Below, piece by piece: positions 1 to 8,424 of a stretch of 31,037 bases of DNA. The translations under genes were made by a program, and so were the position numbers. Source of the stretch: Promethearchaeota archaeon (lineage in GTDB: Archaea > Asgardarchaeota > Lokiarchaeia > Sigyniarchaeales > SOKP01); the NCBI GenBank assembly GCA_004524535.1, contig SDNY01000037.1, positions 1-31,037 of the forward strand. Reading direction: 5' to 3'. The notes under the pieces were generated by a model, which was not told where the DNA came from, did no database searches, and worked only from the letters and a program-made list of their open reading frames with translations. Numbering within the stretch: the first letter of the stretch is position 1; the number at the start of each line of letters is the position of its first letter.

Positions 1-189
1 AGAGGTAATAACTCGGTGAGTTGAGATGTGATATGAGATTTAAACCATGCTATTCTGAGGAAACTTGTTTTACGCTGAAGATAAGTTGAAAAAAACACAA
101 ATTTTGTCGTATAAAAAGATTTAAGTAATTCTTCAGCTATTCTTTAATAAACATACTCAAATAGAAAAGAAAAAAAAATATAATTATTG

Positions 190-247
190 GGTAGTGCTTT
201 GGAATTAGATGGGTGCGACACCTCAGAAAAATTTCAGAGCACTTACC
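190..247. other. Structured intergenic stem-loop 3' of hsp20 (candidate 3'UTR element, terminator or ncRNA)
   Basis: Arms GGTAGTGCTTTGGAATT (190-206) and AATTTCAGAGCACTTACC (230-247) are near-complementary. They enclose a small hairpin GGGTG-CGA-CACCT (211-223). The A-tract at ~166-178 reads as a U-tract on the minus strand. Confidence 0.55.
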
Positions 248-267
248 TTTATTTCTACCAATTTGGA

Positions 268-741
268 TTAATTGTTTCCTTCAGTATTAATGTCAATATT
301 TTTTGATGGTTTTTTCCCTAGCTTTATTTTTAAGACCCCATTTGACATTATTGACTTAATAGAATCTAAATCTGCATCAGCTGGTAAAGTAATATCCATA
401 TCAACATCCATAAAAGAGAAGCCATGTCTAAAAAATGGGATTCCCAGCTTTTCTTTGTCATCTTTAGTTTCTTCAGAAATCTTTGGTTTCGCAGCTTTAA
501 TGTTTAAGCTATTACCTATAAGAGAAACGTTTATATCTTCTTTTTTACGACCTGGTAATGGCACTACAATCAAATAACCAGTTTCTAGTTTCTCTAAATT
601 ATAAGGTACCCAAGAACCAAATCTACCCATGCACTCGTGTATATGACGTCCTATTCTTTTCATCATATCAGGAAAATCCTTACCAGCGAAAGGAAAGCAA
701 CCATACCCAAAAGGGTGTTCAGAACCTTCTCCATGACACAT
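268..741 (-). CDS. hsp20: Small heat-shock protein, Hsp20/alpha-crystallin family
   Basis: Alpha-crystallin domain motifs LPGRKKEDINVSL and ITLPADADLDSIKSIMSNGVLKIKL; GGAGGT ribosome-binding site upstream. Confidence 0.9.
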   Translation of the reverse strand: MCHGEGSEHPFGYGCFPFAGKDFPDMMKRIGRHIHECMGRFGSWVPYNLEKLETGYLIVVPLPGRKKEDINVSLIGNSLNIKAAKPKISEETKDDKEKLGIPFFRHGFSFMDVDMDITLPADADLDSIKSIMSNGVLKIKLGKKPSKNIDINTEGNN

Positions 742-750
742 ATCTTTTTT

Positions 751-756
751 ACCTCC
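751..756 (-). promoter_or_regulatory. Shine-Dalgarno site for hsp20
   Basis: Minus strand reads aaaaGGAGGTaaaaaagatATG. Confidence 0.7.
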
Positions 757-796
757 TTTTTTTTAATTAATCCTTAAAATTTTATTTATGAAATTA

Positions 797-1447
797 TTAA
801 AAATTTTCAAAATCCTCATCATTATCGACGATTTCAATTGGTTTTGCATTCTTGTATCGTTCAGTTTCAATTTTTTCGAGAATTTTAGAATATTTTTCAA
901 TCTTTCCATTCATTCCTTTTAGTTTCTTTTCTAATGTCTCTTTCCCATGGTTTAAATGCCAAATAATCCTTTTTAACCGTTCAATATTTTCTTTAGAAAA
1001 ATCTGAGGCATTTAATTGCTCGTCAAAAGGAATTTCTGGAAATGGAAAACAATGCATTACTTTATCAATAAATTTCTCACTCGGTACTGATGCCTTTATA
1101 ATAGTCCTAATGTAGTCTCCAAGACAATTGATACTCGGTTCTAAATTGTTTTCTAAAACTTTTTTAAGAGCTGTTTTTCCAGCTTCAGTAATATTATAAC
1201 TTTTTATTTGACGATTGTGTCTCATCAATTCCTCTATTTCAACCAAATTTTTCTCTGCTAATCGACTTAATAATGGATAAATCGTACCTGCTGATGCTTT
1301 CCATAAGTCTTTAAATTTTTTATTTACTTTTTGGATTATTTCGTATCCAGAAATTCCATTATTATTTTTTATCATTGAAAGTACTAATATATCTAAGCCT
1401 GATAATCTACCACTATGATAACCGCTAAATTTCTTGCCGAAAAACAT
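797..1447 (-). CDS. PadR-family winged-helix transcriptional regulator with C-terminal coiled coil
   Basis: PadR signature: SGYEII...WKASAGTIYPLLSRLAEKNLV...KSYNITEAGK. Confidence 0.9.
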   Translation of the reverse strand: MFFGKKFSGYHSGRLSGLDILVLSMIKNNNGISGYEIIQKVNKKFKDLWKASAGTIYPLLSRLAEKNLVEIEELMRHNRQIKSYNITEAGKTALKKVLENNLEPSINCLGDYIRTIIKASVPSEKFIDKVMHCFPFPEIPFDEQLNASDFSKENIERLKRIIWHLNHGKETLEKKLKGMNGKIEKYSKILEKIETERYKNAKPIEIVDNDEDFENF

Positions 1448-1475
1448 TTCTTGAATTCACTTATTTTTTATTGTA

Positions 1476-1529
1476 TTCGATTTAAGATATATTAGTAATA
1501 TCATATATTTAAATATATCGAAAATCGAA
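1476..1529 (-). promoter_or_regulatory. Inverted-repeat operator overlapping the TATA box of the padR-hsp20 unit
   Basis: 18-bp arms TTCGATTTAAGATATATT (1476-1493) and AATATATCGAAAATCGAA (1512-1529) match at 16/18 positions across an 18-bp spacer. TTTAAATA (minus strand, 1506-1513) lies mostly in the spacer. Confidence 0.6.
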
Positions 1530-1665
1530 CATATGATCTCAAAAGAGTCTGCATTAATTAATTTAAAACCTTAGACCAAAATGATTAATTCCTTGAATTA
1601 ATTCAAAATACTTGGTTAAAAGAGAACGTTGATGGAGTTATGTAAATTTTAACCTTTAATTCTTT

Positions 1666-1707
1666 AAAAAAATATAAAAAATAAAGGCCTACTTAAGTAT
1701 TTCAGGC
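1666..1707 (-). terminator. Possible terminator (short hairpin + U-tract) after the small zinc-finger gene
   Basis: Minus strand GCCT..AGGC stem (1687-1707) followed by CTTTATTTTTTATATTTTTTT. Confidence 0.35.
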
Positions 1708-1709
1708 AA

Positions 1710-1907
1710 TTAATCAGATTCTTCTTCTTCGGATGATTCTTTTTTTTGAAAATTAGTATATTGACCTCTTACTTCCTCGAGATCAAGTGTTATTAGCGTG
1801 TGTGTCCTGTGCTTCCCCTCGAATAATTTAATTGTCTCTTGATTCAATGGATTATTTGGGTGTATAATGACATACTCTCTACATTTGATGCAAGCCCTTG
1901 CTCTCAT
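1710..1907 (-). CDS. Small putative zinc-binding protein (CxxC...HxxH) with acidic tail
   Basis: CIKC near the N-terminus, HRTH downstream and an ESSEEEESD tail; isolated ATG-start ORF in AT-rich flanks. Confidence 0.7.
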   Translation of the reverse strand: MRARACIKCREYVIIHPNNPLNQETIKLFEGKHRTHTLITLDLEEVRGQYTNFQKKESSEEEESD

Positions 1908-2076
1908 GGTATGTAAAAATTTTTTTAAATGATATTTAAATGATAAATTATTGCTATTTATTAAAAAACTTATGTATATATTAAGTTTTTCTTACTAAGA
2001 AATCTAATTATAAAGAGAATTCACGCATATTTATAATTATCTATATTATTTTTGAAGTCCGTTTTAATTAATCAAT

Positions 2077-4323
2077 TTAAATTTCCATAAGGCTTGGAAT
2101 TGTAGCTTCATGCAATTTTTTCATTTTATTAACATCGAGCTTAATGTTTTTCCCTTTTAGACCTTTTATATATATTTCTGGATTAGCAATCAAATTTCCT
2201 ACTTTTTTAACATTAACATTGAGATGTTTAGCAATTTCCATGATTTTATTATAATCTTTAGGGGGTGTCTCTATAATGAATCTTCCAACCGATTCGCTAA
2301 ATAAAAATTCGTCATCTCTTAAATTATCGTTATAGCATCCATTAAAATCTAATTCTGCTCCTAAATTATTTTTAAAGCACATTTCAGCAATGGTAATCAT
2401 TAATCCACCTTTATTTACATCATGGTTTGCTTTTACAAGATTTTTTTTATATAATTCAAACAGAAAATCCCAAGTTGCTTTTATTTTCTTCTCATCTAAG
2501 TGTGGTGATGTTCCACCTTCAAGATCATAAATAACTGAGTGATATTCTGAACCACCTAATTCTGCCTTTGTCTCTCCTATTAATAAGATATCATCACCGG
2601 TCTTTTTAAATGGTAATGTGATGATCTTTTCTTTTCCTTCTATAATACCAACAATCATTATTACTGGAGCAGGTTTAATCGCAGTTTTACTAACTTCATC
2701 TTCATTATAGAAAGAAACATTTCCGCCAATAATTGGTATTCTTAATTGTTTACAGAAATCTGCCATACCTTTAACGGCATTAGAAAAGTACCAAAAAGAT
2801 TCGGGTATTTCTGGGTTTCCAAAATTACAACAGTTGACCATGGCCATAGGTTTTGCTCCATTCGCAATGACATTTCCACATATTTCCACTAAACCTCCTT
2901 TTGCGCCTTCATATGGATTAAGATAACAATGTTTTGAATTTATTCCAACGCTGGCAGCTAAGAATTTATTAGTACCGATGATTCTTAGAACTCCTGAATC
3001 TCCTTCTCCACATTTAACAACAGATCTTACACCGACTTCGTGATCATATTGTCGATATACCCACTCTTTGCTGCAAATATTTTCAGATGCGATTAAATCA
3101 TAAATTATTTCCTCAAGTCCCTTTATAGGTTCTGGAGTTTGTTGAGCAATTAATTCATCGAGATATTCTGGACGCTTTTCTTCCCGAGGGATTGTGGGGG
3201 CATCTGACAATGCCGTAGCCGGTAAGTTTACAACGAGATAATCGCCATCCTTTACTTTTAATACTTTAGAATCATCGGTTCTGCCTATAACAGCATGAGC
3301 CATCTCAAATTTCCTAAATACATCTAAAATGGTTTCCAATCCTTCCGGTTTAACTATAAACGCCATCCTCTCCTGGGATTCTGAAAGCATTACTTCAAAT
3401 GAATTCATCCCTGGTTCTCTGGTAAAAATTTTAGACATGTCGATATCGCCACCAGTGCCACCATCTCCCGTAAGTTCGCTTAATGCACAAGATAATCCTC
3501 CTCCCCCAAGATCTTTTAGACCCCGAACGTATCCCGTCTTCACGGCCTCTAAAGTTGCTTCTATTATCATCTTTTTGGTAAATGGATCACCAATCTGGAC
3601 TGCTGGTCGATCTGCTTCCGACATTTCAGTGAGTGTGCGTGAAGCAAATGTTACCCCATGGATTCCATCTCGTCCAGTGGAGCCTCCCATTAAAATAACA
3701 TAATCTCCCGGATTATATGCTTTACTTGGAGCATGTTCAAAATCTTCAATTGTTCCTAATCCAATACATGCAACATTAACTAGACAATTACTTTCGAAAC
3801 TTTTATCAAACTCTACTTCTCCACCTATGGTTGGAATACCAGTACAATTTCCATAATCCGCTATGCCCTTAACAACATATTTAAATAACCATTGAGAGTG
3901 AGGATTTCCCTTTAACGGACCAAATCTTAGTGGATCTAACAATGCTATAGGTCTTACACCCATACATAGAATATCTCTGATAATTCCGCCGATTCCTGTT
4001 GCTGCACCATGATATGGTTCAATAGCAGAGGGATGATTATGGGATTCAATTCTAAATGCTAAGGCAAATCCATCTCCTATATCGATAACACCAGCATCTT
4101 GTCCAGGACCTGCTAGTACATAATCGTAATTCTTTTCAGCATCTTCAAATAATTTTAATTTTGGTCGAGAGGATTTATAAGAACAATGTTCACTATGCAT
4201 TACATCGAACATGCCCCATTCTGTGATAGTAGGAGCTCTCTCTAATAAATCCTTTATTTGTTTTATTTCAGGTTCCGTAAGATCGACGTCTAATTCGTCT
4301 CCATTACTTAAAACTTTAGGCAT
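2077..4323 (-). CDS. purL: Phosphoribosylformylglycinamidine synthase subunit PurL (small form)
   Basis: Motifs SEHCSYKSS, ESHNHPSAIEPYHGAATGIGGIIRDI, SESQERM and GGNVSFYNE; 748 aa. The start overlaps the purQ stop (TAATG). Confidence 0.98.
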   Translation of the reverse strand: MPKVLSNGDELDVDLTEPEIKQIKDLLERAPTITEWGMFDVMHSEHCSYKSSRPKLKLFEDAEKNYDYVLAGPGQDAGVIDIGDGFALAFRIESHNHPSAIEPYHGAATGIGGIIRDILCMGVRPIALLDPLRFGPLKGNPHSQWLFKYVVKGIADYGNCTGIPTIGGEVEFDKSFESNCLVNVACIGLGTIEDFEHAPSKAYNPGDYVILMGGSTGRDGIHGVTFASRTLTEMSEADRPAVQIGDPFTKKMIIEATLEAVKTGYVRGLKDLGGGGLSCALSELTGDGGTGGDIDMSKIFTREPGMNSFEVMLSESQERMAFIVKPEGLETILDVFRKFEMAHAVIGRTDDSKVLKVKDGDYLVVNLPATALSDAPTIPREEKRPEYLDELIAQQTPEPIKGLEEIIYDLIASENICSKEWVYRQYDHEVGVRSVVKCGEGDSGVLRIIGTNKFLAASVGINSKHCYLNPYEGAKGGLVEICGNVIANGAKPMAMVNCCNFGNPEIPESFWYFSNAVKGMADFCKQLRIPIIGGNVSFYNEDEVSKTAIKPAPVIMIVGIIEGKEKIITLPFKKTGDDILLIGETKAELGGSEYHSVIYDLEGGTSPHLDEKKIKATWDFLFELYKKNLVKANHDVNKGGLMITIAEMCFKNNLGAELDFNGCYNDNLRDDEFLFSESVGRFIIETPPKDYNKIMEIAKHLNVNVKKVGNLIANPEIYIKGLKGKNIKLDVNKMKKLHEATIPSLMEI

Positions 4324-5039
4324 TAAGAAACCCTCCCTTTTATAAATTCAACCATCGATTCAAAAAAAAGTCTACCGTGCATTGTTTGCTTTGGACTTAA
4401 TATCGGTTCTGATGCCCGTTCTGGATGTGGCATCAATCCTAAACAGTTTTGCTCAAGATTACATACTCCAGCTATACTTTCCAATGAACCATTTGGATTT
4501 GCCTGTTCTGTAAGCTCTCCGTTTTCCGTACTATATCTAAATACAATTTGATTATTTTCTTCTAATTCTTTTAAATTATCTGTGTAATATCTTCCTTCTC
4601 CATGTGCAATAGGTATTGCTAAAACATCCCCTATATTCATTTTACTTGTAAATGCTGTTTTATTGTTTTCCACCCTGATATTAACCCATTTACAAATGAA
4701 CTTAAGAGAATCGTTTCGCAATAAAGCACCTGGAAGGAATTGAGCTTCAGCTAATATTTGAAACCCATTGCAAATCCCAATTATTGGTTTTCCGCCCTTT
4801 AACATTATTCTAGCTTCGTCTAAAGCAGGACTATGAGCAGCGATAATTCCTGACCTTAAATAATCTCCGAAAGAAAAACCACCAGGTAATACAACCCCAT
4901 CAAATTGCGCTTCTTTAAAGTGATTGTGCCATATTAACTCTGCTTCAATACCGTTACTAATTACATTATTCAACACATGTAAAGTGTCTAAATCGCAGTT
5001 AGAACCCGGAAATTGAATCACAGCTATTTTAATAGTCAT
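4323..5039 (-). CDS. purQ: FGAM synthase glutaminase subunit PurQ
   Basis: Motifs FPGSNCD, PGGFSFGDYLR, GICNGFQ (catalytic Cys), NPNGS and GLMPHPER. Confidence 0.98.
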   Translation of the reverse strand: MTIKIAVIQFPGSNCDLDTLHVLNNVISNGIEAELIWHNHFKEAQFDGVVLPGGFSFGDYLRSGIIAAHSPALDEARIMLKGGKPIIGICNGFQILAEAQFLPGALLRNDSLKFICKWVNIRVENNKTAFTSKMNIGDVLAIPIAHGEGRYYTDNLKELEENNQIVFRYSTENGELTEQANPNGSLESIAGVCNLEQNCLGLMPHPERASEPILSPKQTMHGRLFFESMVEFIKGRVS

Positions 5040-5045
5040 GGGTTT

Positions 5046-5318
5046 CTAATTCTTTTGGATTACTTTTAAAATCGTTAAATTTTGAGTCACCGGATTGAAA
5101 ATCCTAAGATCATTACACATTTTATTCACCATTTTCTTAGCTTCATTTTCATTAGCAGCACTAATGTTAATTCTCAAATATTGACCACTCCGGACATTTG
5201 AAACCATATTATAACCTTTCTTAGCTAGTAGATCTTTTTGTATAGTCGTCCCTACGGGATCACGAGCTTGCGGTTTATTCTCCAAAACGACTTCTACAAT
5301 ATATTCTTGGTGATCCAT
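5046..5318 (-). CDS. purS: FGAM synthase subunit PurS
   Basis: 90 aa with DPVGTTI, VRSG and NPV motifs; lies directly upstream of purQ. Confidence 0.92.
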   Translation of the reverse strand: MDHQEYIVEVVLENKPQARDPVGTTIQKDLLAKKGYNMVSNVRSGQYLRINISAANENEAKKMVNKMCNDLRIFNPVTQNLTILKVIQKN

Positions 5319-5492
5319 TATGAAATAAGAAGTTAGATATATTTAATATAATTCTTATTAACTTAAAAATAATATACAATAAATAAAAACCGACAAAATA
5401 GTTTATATATTAAAATATTTACATAAAAAGAAAATAAAGAAAATAGACCTTATTATTTCTTTTTTCCAGTCAAAATATTAATTTCTACCAAT

Positions 5493-5696
5493 TTAAATAT
5501 TTAAGATTGTTCCAATAAACATAAGTACTACCAATGCTAGGACCCCTATACCAAAGCTATATCCGCTTAATTTACTTATGCCCTCCTTTTTTGGATCTTC
5601 CTTGTTTTTCCTCCTAAATAAAACATCAATTAAAATAAATACAAAGGCTAGGAAGAATAATGAAAAACTAAGAATTAATAAAATTACAATAATCAT
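5493..5696 (-). CDS. Small two-TM membrane protein, function unknown
   Basis: Two hydrophobic helices separated by a K/R-rich loop, consistent with the positive-inside rule. Confidence 0.6.
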   Translation of the reverse strand: MIIVILLILSFSLFFLAFVFILIDVLFRRKNKEDPKKEGISKLSGYSFGIGVLALVVLMFIGTILNI

Positions 5697-5742
5697 TATG
5701 AGAAAAAAGTTTTTTTTTTTAATTTAAATCTTTTCTTAATTT

Positions 5743-6720
5743 CTATAAATATTTAGCCTTTTTCAAATTTTCTTGAATTCTCTGAAATACATTTGATACT
5801 TCTGGTTTGAATTCTTGGCCTGTTATTTTTTCATAACTTCTCATATATCTTTTAGCAACCTCGATTCTAATATCGTCTGCTATGGGAGGAATTTCTTGTT
5901 CTTGCGAAATGTTTGGAAAAATATCTGGATAAGTTTCCATAAGCCATCCACGGAATATCTCTTTATCAAGAATGTCTGGTTTTTCTCCTTTTTCAAATTT
6001 TTCGTCGTAAGTATCAGAAATCCAAAATCGTGATGAATCTTGAGTGTGAATTTCATCTATAACAATTAACTCATCATTATATCTCCCAAATTCATATTTT
6101 GTATCTACTAGAATAAGTCCATGCTTCTTACAATAATCTTGACCAAATAAAAATAATTTAGTTGCTGCCTCTTCCATCTCTTCGTATATCTTCTTAGAGA
6201 CCATATTCTCTTTGATTATTTGTTCTTTAGGCAAATAGATATCATGTCCACTCGCAGCTTTAGTTGAAGGTGTGAGGATAATCTCATCAAATTTCTGATT
6301 CTTTTGTAGCCCCTTTGGGGGTAAAATTCCTGATGTTGGAATTTCTTTTTGGTAATTGCGCCACATAGTTCCTGTAATGTATGCTCTTACAATCATCTCA
6401 ACTGGAATAGTCTCACACTGTTGAACTATTGATACATTGGGATCTGGAACGTCAATTAAATGGTTTTTAGCAATATTCTTTGTTTTTTCAAACCAAAACG
6501 CCGAGATTTGATTTAGCATTTGCCCTTTGAATGGTATTGTTGTAATAACTCTGTCAAAGGAGGATATTCTGTCTGTAGCAATTATAATTCTGATGTCCTC
6601 TTTCATATAATTGTCTCTGACCTTACCTTTGTATAATTCTCCTAAAGCAGGAAAATTCGTCTCCTTGATTGTATTCCCAAATTGTTTTTTAATAATTTCT
6701 TCCAAATTCTCTACAACCAT
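5743..6720 (-). CDS. purC: SAICAR synthetase (long form)
   Basis: Motifs GKVRDNY, TDRISSFD, KGQMLN, TPSTKA and LVDTKYEFG...DEIHTQDSSRFW. Confidence 0.96.
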   Translation of the reverse strand: MVVENLEEIIKKQFGNTIKETNFPALGELYKGKVRDNYMKEDIRIIIATDRISSFDRVITTIPFKGQMLNQISAFWFEKTKNIAKNHLIDVPDPNVSIVQQCETIPVEMIVRAYITGTMWRNYQKEIPTSGILPPKGLQKNQKFDEIILTPSTKAASGHDIYLPKEQIIKENMVSKKIYEEMEEAATKLFLFGQDYCKKHGLILVDTKYEFGRYNDELIVIDEIHTQDSSRFWISDTYDEKFEKGEKPDILDKEIFRGWLMETYPDIFPNISQEQEIPPIADDIRIEVAKRYMRSYEKITGQEFKPEVSNVFQRIQENLKKAKYL

Positions 6721-6791
6721 AATTTAACATCTATTCAAAAAAAAATAAAAATCAAATTATTAACTTTAAAATAAACATAACAATATTCAAT

Positions 6792-7166
6792 TCACTTTTT
6801 ATAGTAATTACCGTTATTAAACTCTTTTGTTGGATACTTTTGTCGATTTTTCTTCATTTTATTGAAAAAACTATTTGTTAAATCAAGATCTAATTCATTT
6901 ACTAAACTTAAAAGATAAATAAATACATCAGCTATTTCATCTGATACATTTTCTAAAAGTTCTTTATTCAACAGAACTTCACTAACTGATAATTCCTTAA
7001 ATAAAAATAGTTCAGATAATTCTGCGGCTTCAATTTGTATCGCTTGAATTAAATTTTTAATAGTATGATACTTTTTCCAATTACGATCTTCAACAAACCT
7101 TCTTACTTTGTCTTTAAAAAATGAGATAGGTGTATTAGTATCACTATTTTTTATATTTTTATCCAT
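6792..7166 (-). CDS. MazG-like nucleotide pyrophosphohydrolase (dCTP pyrophosphatase type)
   Basis: Motifs FVEDRNWKKYH, EAAEL, DEIADVFIYL and KMKKNRQKYP. Confidence 0.88.
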   Translation of the reverse strand: MDKNIKNSDTNTPISFFKDKVRRFVEDRNWKKYHTIKNLIQAIQIEAAELSELFLFKELSVSEVLLNKELLENVSDEIADVFIYLLSLVNELDLDLTNSFFNKMKKNRQKYPTKEFNNGNYYKK

Positions 7167-7393
7167 AATTAAATGCTCTAATAGTTTAATAGTACATTAA
7201 AGTAAAATACTTCATTTTAATTTAATTCATGATAATATTAACTTTTTAATAACAATATTTCAAATTATCCTGTAATATCTTCTTATATCTTAAGCACTTC
7301 AGTTTGTCTTTTTTGATAATTAATTACTTTTTGTTAAGGATTACTTAGAAATATTCACTAAAGATCTCGTATAAAATCACAGATTAATTATTT

Positions 7394-8227
7394 CTAATCG
7401 ATATGTGATATAAAATCACATATTAAATTATTAATTTCATCTACTCTTTGAGCAGGAGCAAAATGACCTGCCATATCAATTATTTCTAAACGAGAATTAG
7501 AGATTTTCTTATGCATTTCTTCAGACATTTGTTCTGGAGCGAAATTATCTAAGCGTCCTCCAATGATCAATGTTGGGCATTGTATTTTAGACGGATTATA
7601 TTCTTTAATTTCGTTAATCATTCTAAATATTTGGTCTTCTATTCGCATGTACAATTCATCTTTGGTCAATTTAGCATTATAGATTGAATTTGATAATGCT
7701 GTTATAATATATGGAATTGTTTTATCTAAAATATCTTCAACTGAATTGGTAACAACATCTAAAAAATTCATGCGAATAAAATATGGGAGCAAATTATAAA
7801 AAATATTTCGAATTACATTATCAATCATTATATAACCGGAATTTAATAAGATGAGAAACTTAATCCTTTCGGGGTGTTTCATGCAAATTAATTGGGCAAT
7901 CATCCCACCAACAAGGGAATGACCTATTATTCCATATTTTTCATTTATTTCTAAAAACTTTAAAAGATCCTCCAAATCCCTTATAGTATCATCCCTTAAA
8001 TTTTTATTTAGGTTTTGATTCAGATCCTTTGGATGCTCACTTCTCCCATGCCCTAATGCATCAAAAGCGATTATTCTGTAATTATTCTTTAAAACCTGAA
8101 TTTGTTTTTTAAAAAATGAAGCAGAAGACGCAAAACCATGAAGTAAAATTATTATGCCATTCTTTGAATCGGGATTCCACTCCTCGTAATAGAGATTGTA
8201 ACCCTCAATGTTCCTAAAATATGGCAA
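7394..8227 (-). CDS. Alpha/beta-fold hydrolase
   Basis: LLHGF, DALGHGRS, nucleophile elbow GHSLVGG, PTLIIGGRLD and AGHF; TTG start. Confidence 0.88.
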   Translation of the reverse strand: MPYFRNIEGYNLYYEEWNPDSKNGIIILLHGFASSASFFKKQIQVLKNNYRIIAFDALGHGRSEHPKDLNQNLNKNLRDDTIRDLEDLLKFLEINEKYGIIGHSLVGGMIAQLICMKHPERIKFLILLNSGYIMIDNVIRNIFYNLLPYFIRMNFLDVVTNSVEDILDKTIPYIITALSNSIYNAKLTKDELYMRIEDQIFRMINEIKEYNPSKIQCPTLIIGGRLDNFAPEQMSEEMHKKISNSRLEIIDMAGHFAPAQRVDEINNLICDFISHID

Positions 8228-8364
8228 ATTTTTGCAAAATAATATTATTATATTTACTTATAATTTTTACAATAAAATATTCAAAAAATACTTTTCGATA
8301 TTAAAAAAATAAATAAATGGCTTAAAAATTAGAAAAAAAAAGATGTTATCTTAGGAGATATTGA

Positions 8365-8415
8365 AGGTGATAGCACACCTGTCGAGTTAAAGCCAGACGA
8401 TAGCCCAACAATCGA
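8365..8415 (-). other. Tandem hairpin element immediately 3' of the FGGY kinase operon (candidate structured RNA or terminator)
   Basis: Minus-strand RNA: UCGAUUGUUGGGCUA-UCGUC-UGGCUUUAACUCGA hairpin (8415-8382), then AGGUG-UGCUAU-CACCU (8380-8365), then a U-tract at ~8341-8333. Confidence 0.5.
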
Positions 8416-8424
8416 GCATTTTTA

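Noticed and set aside
1-180. Partial gene at the left window edge
   Set aside because: The frames I examined hit stops quickly or lack a start, so nothing supportable was found.
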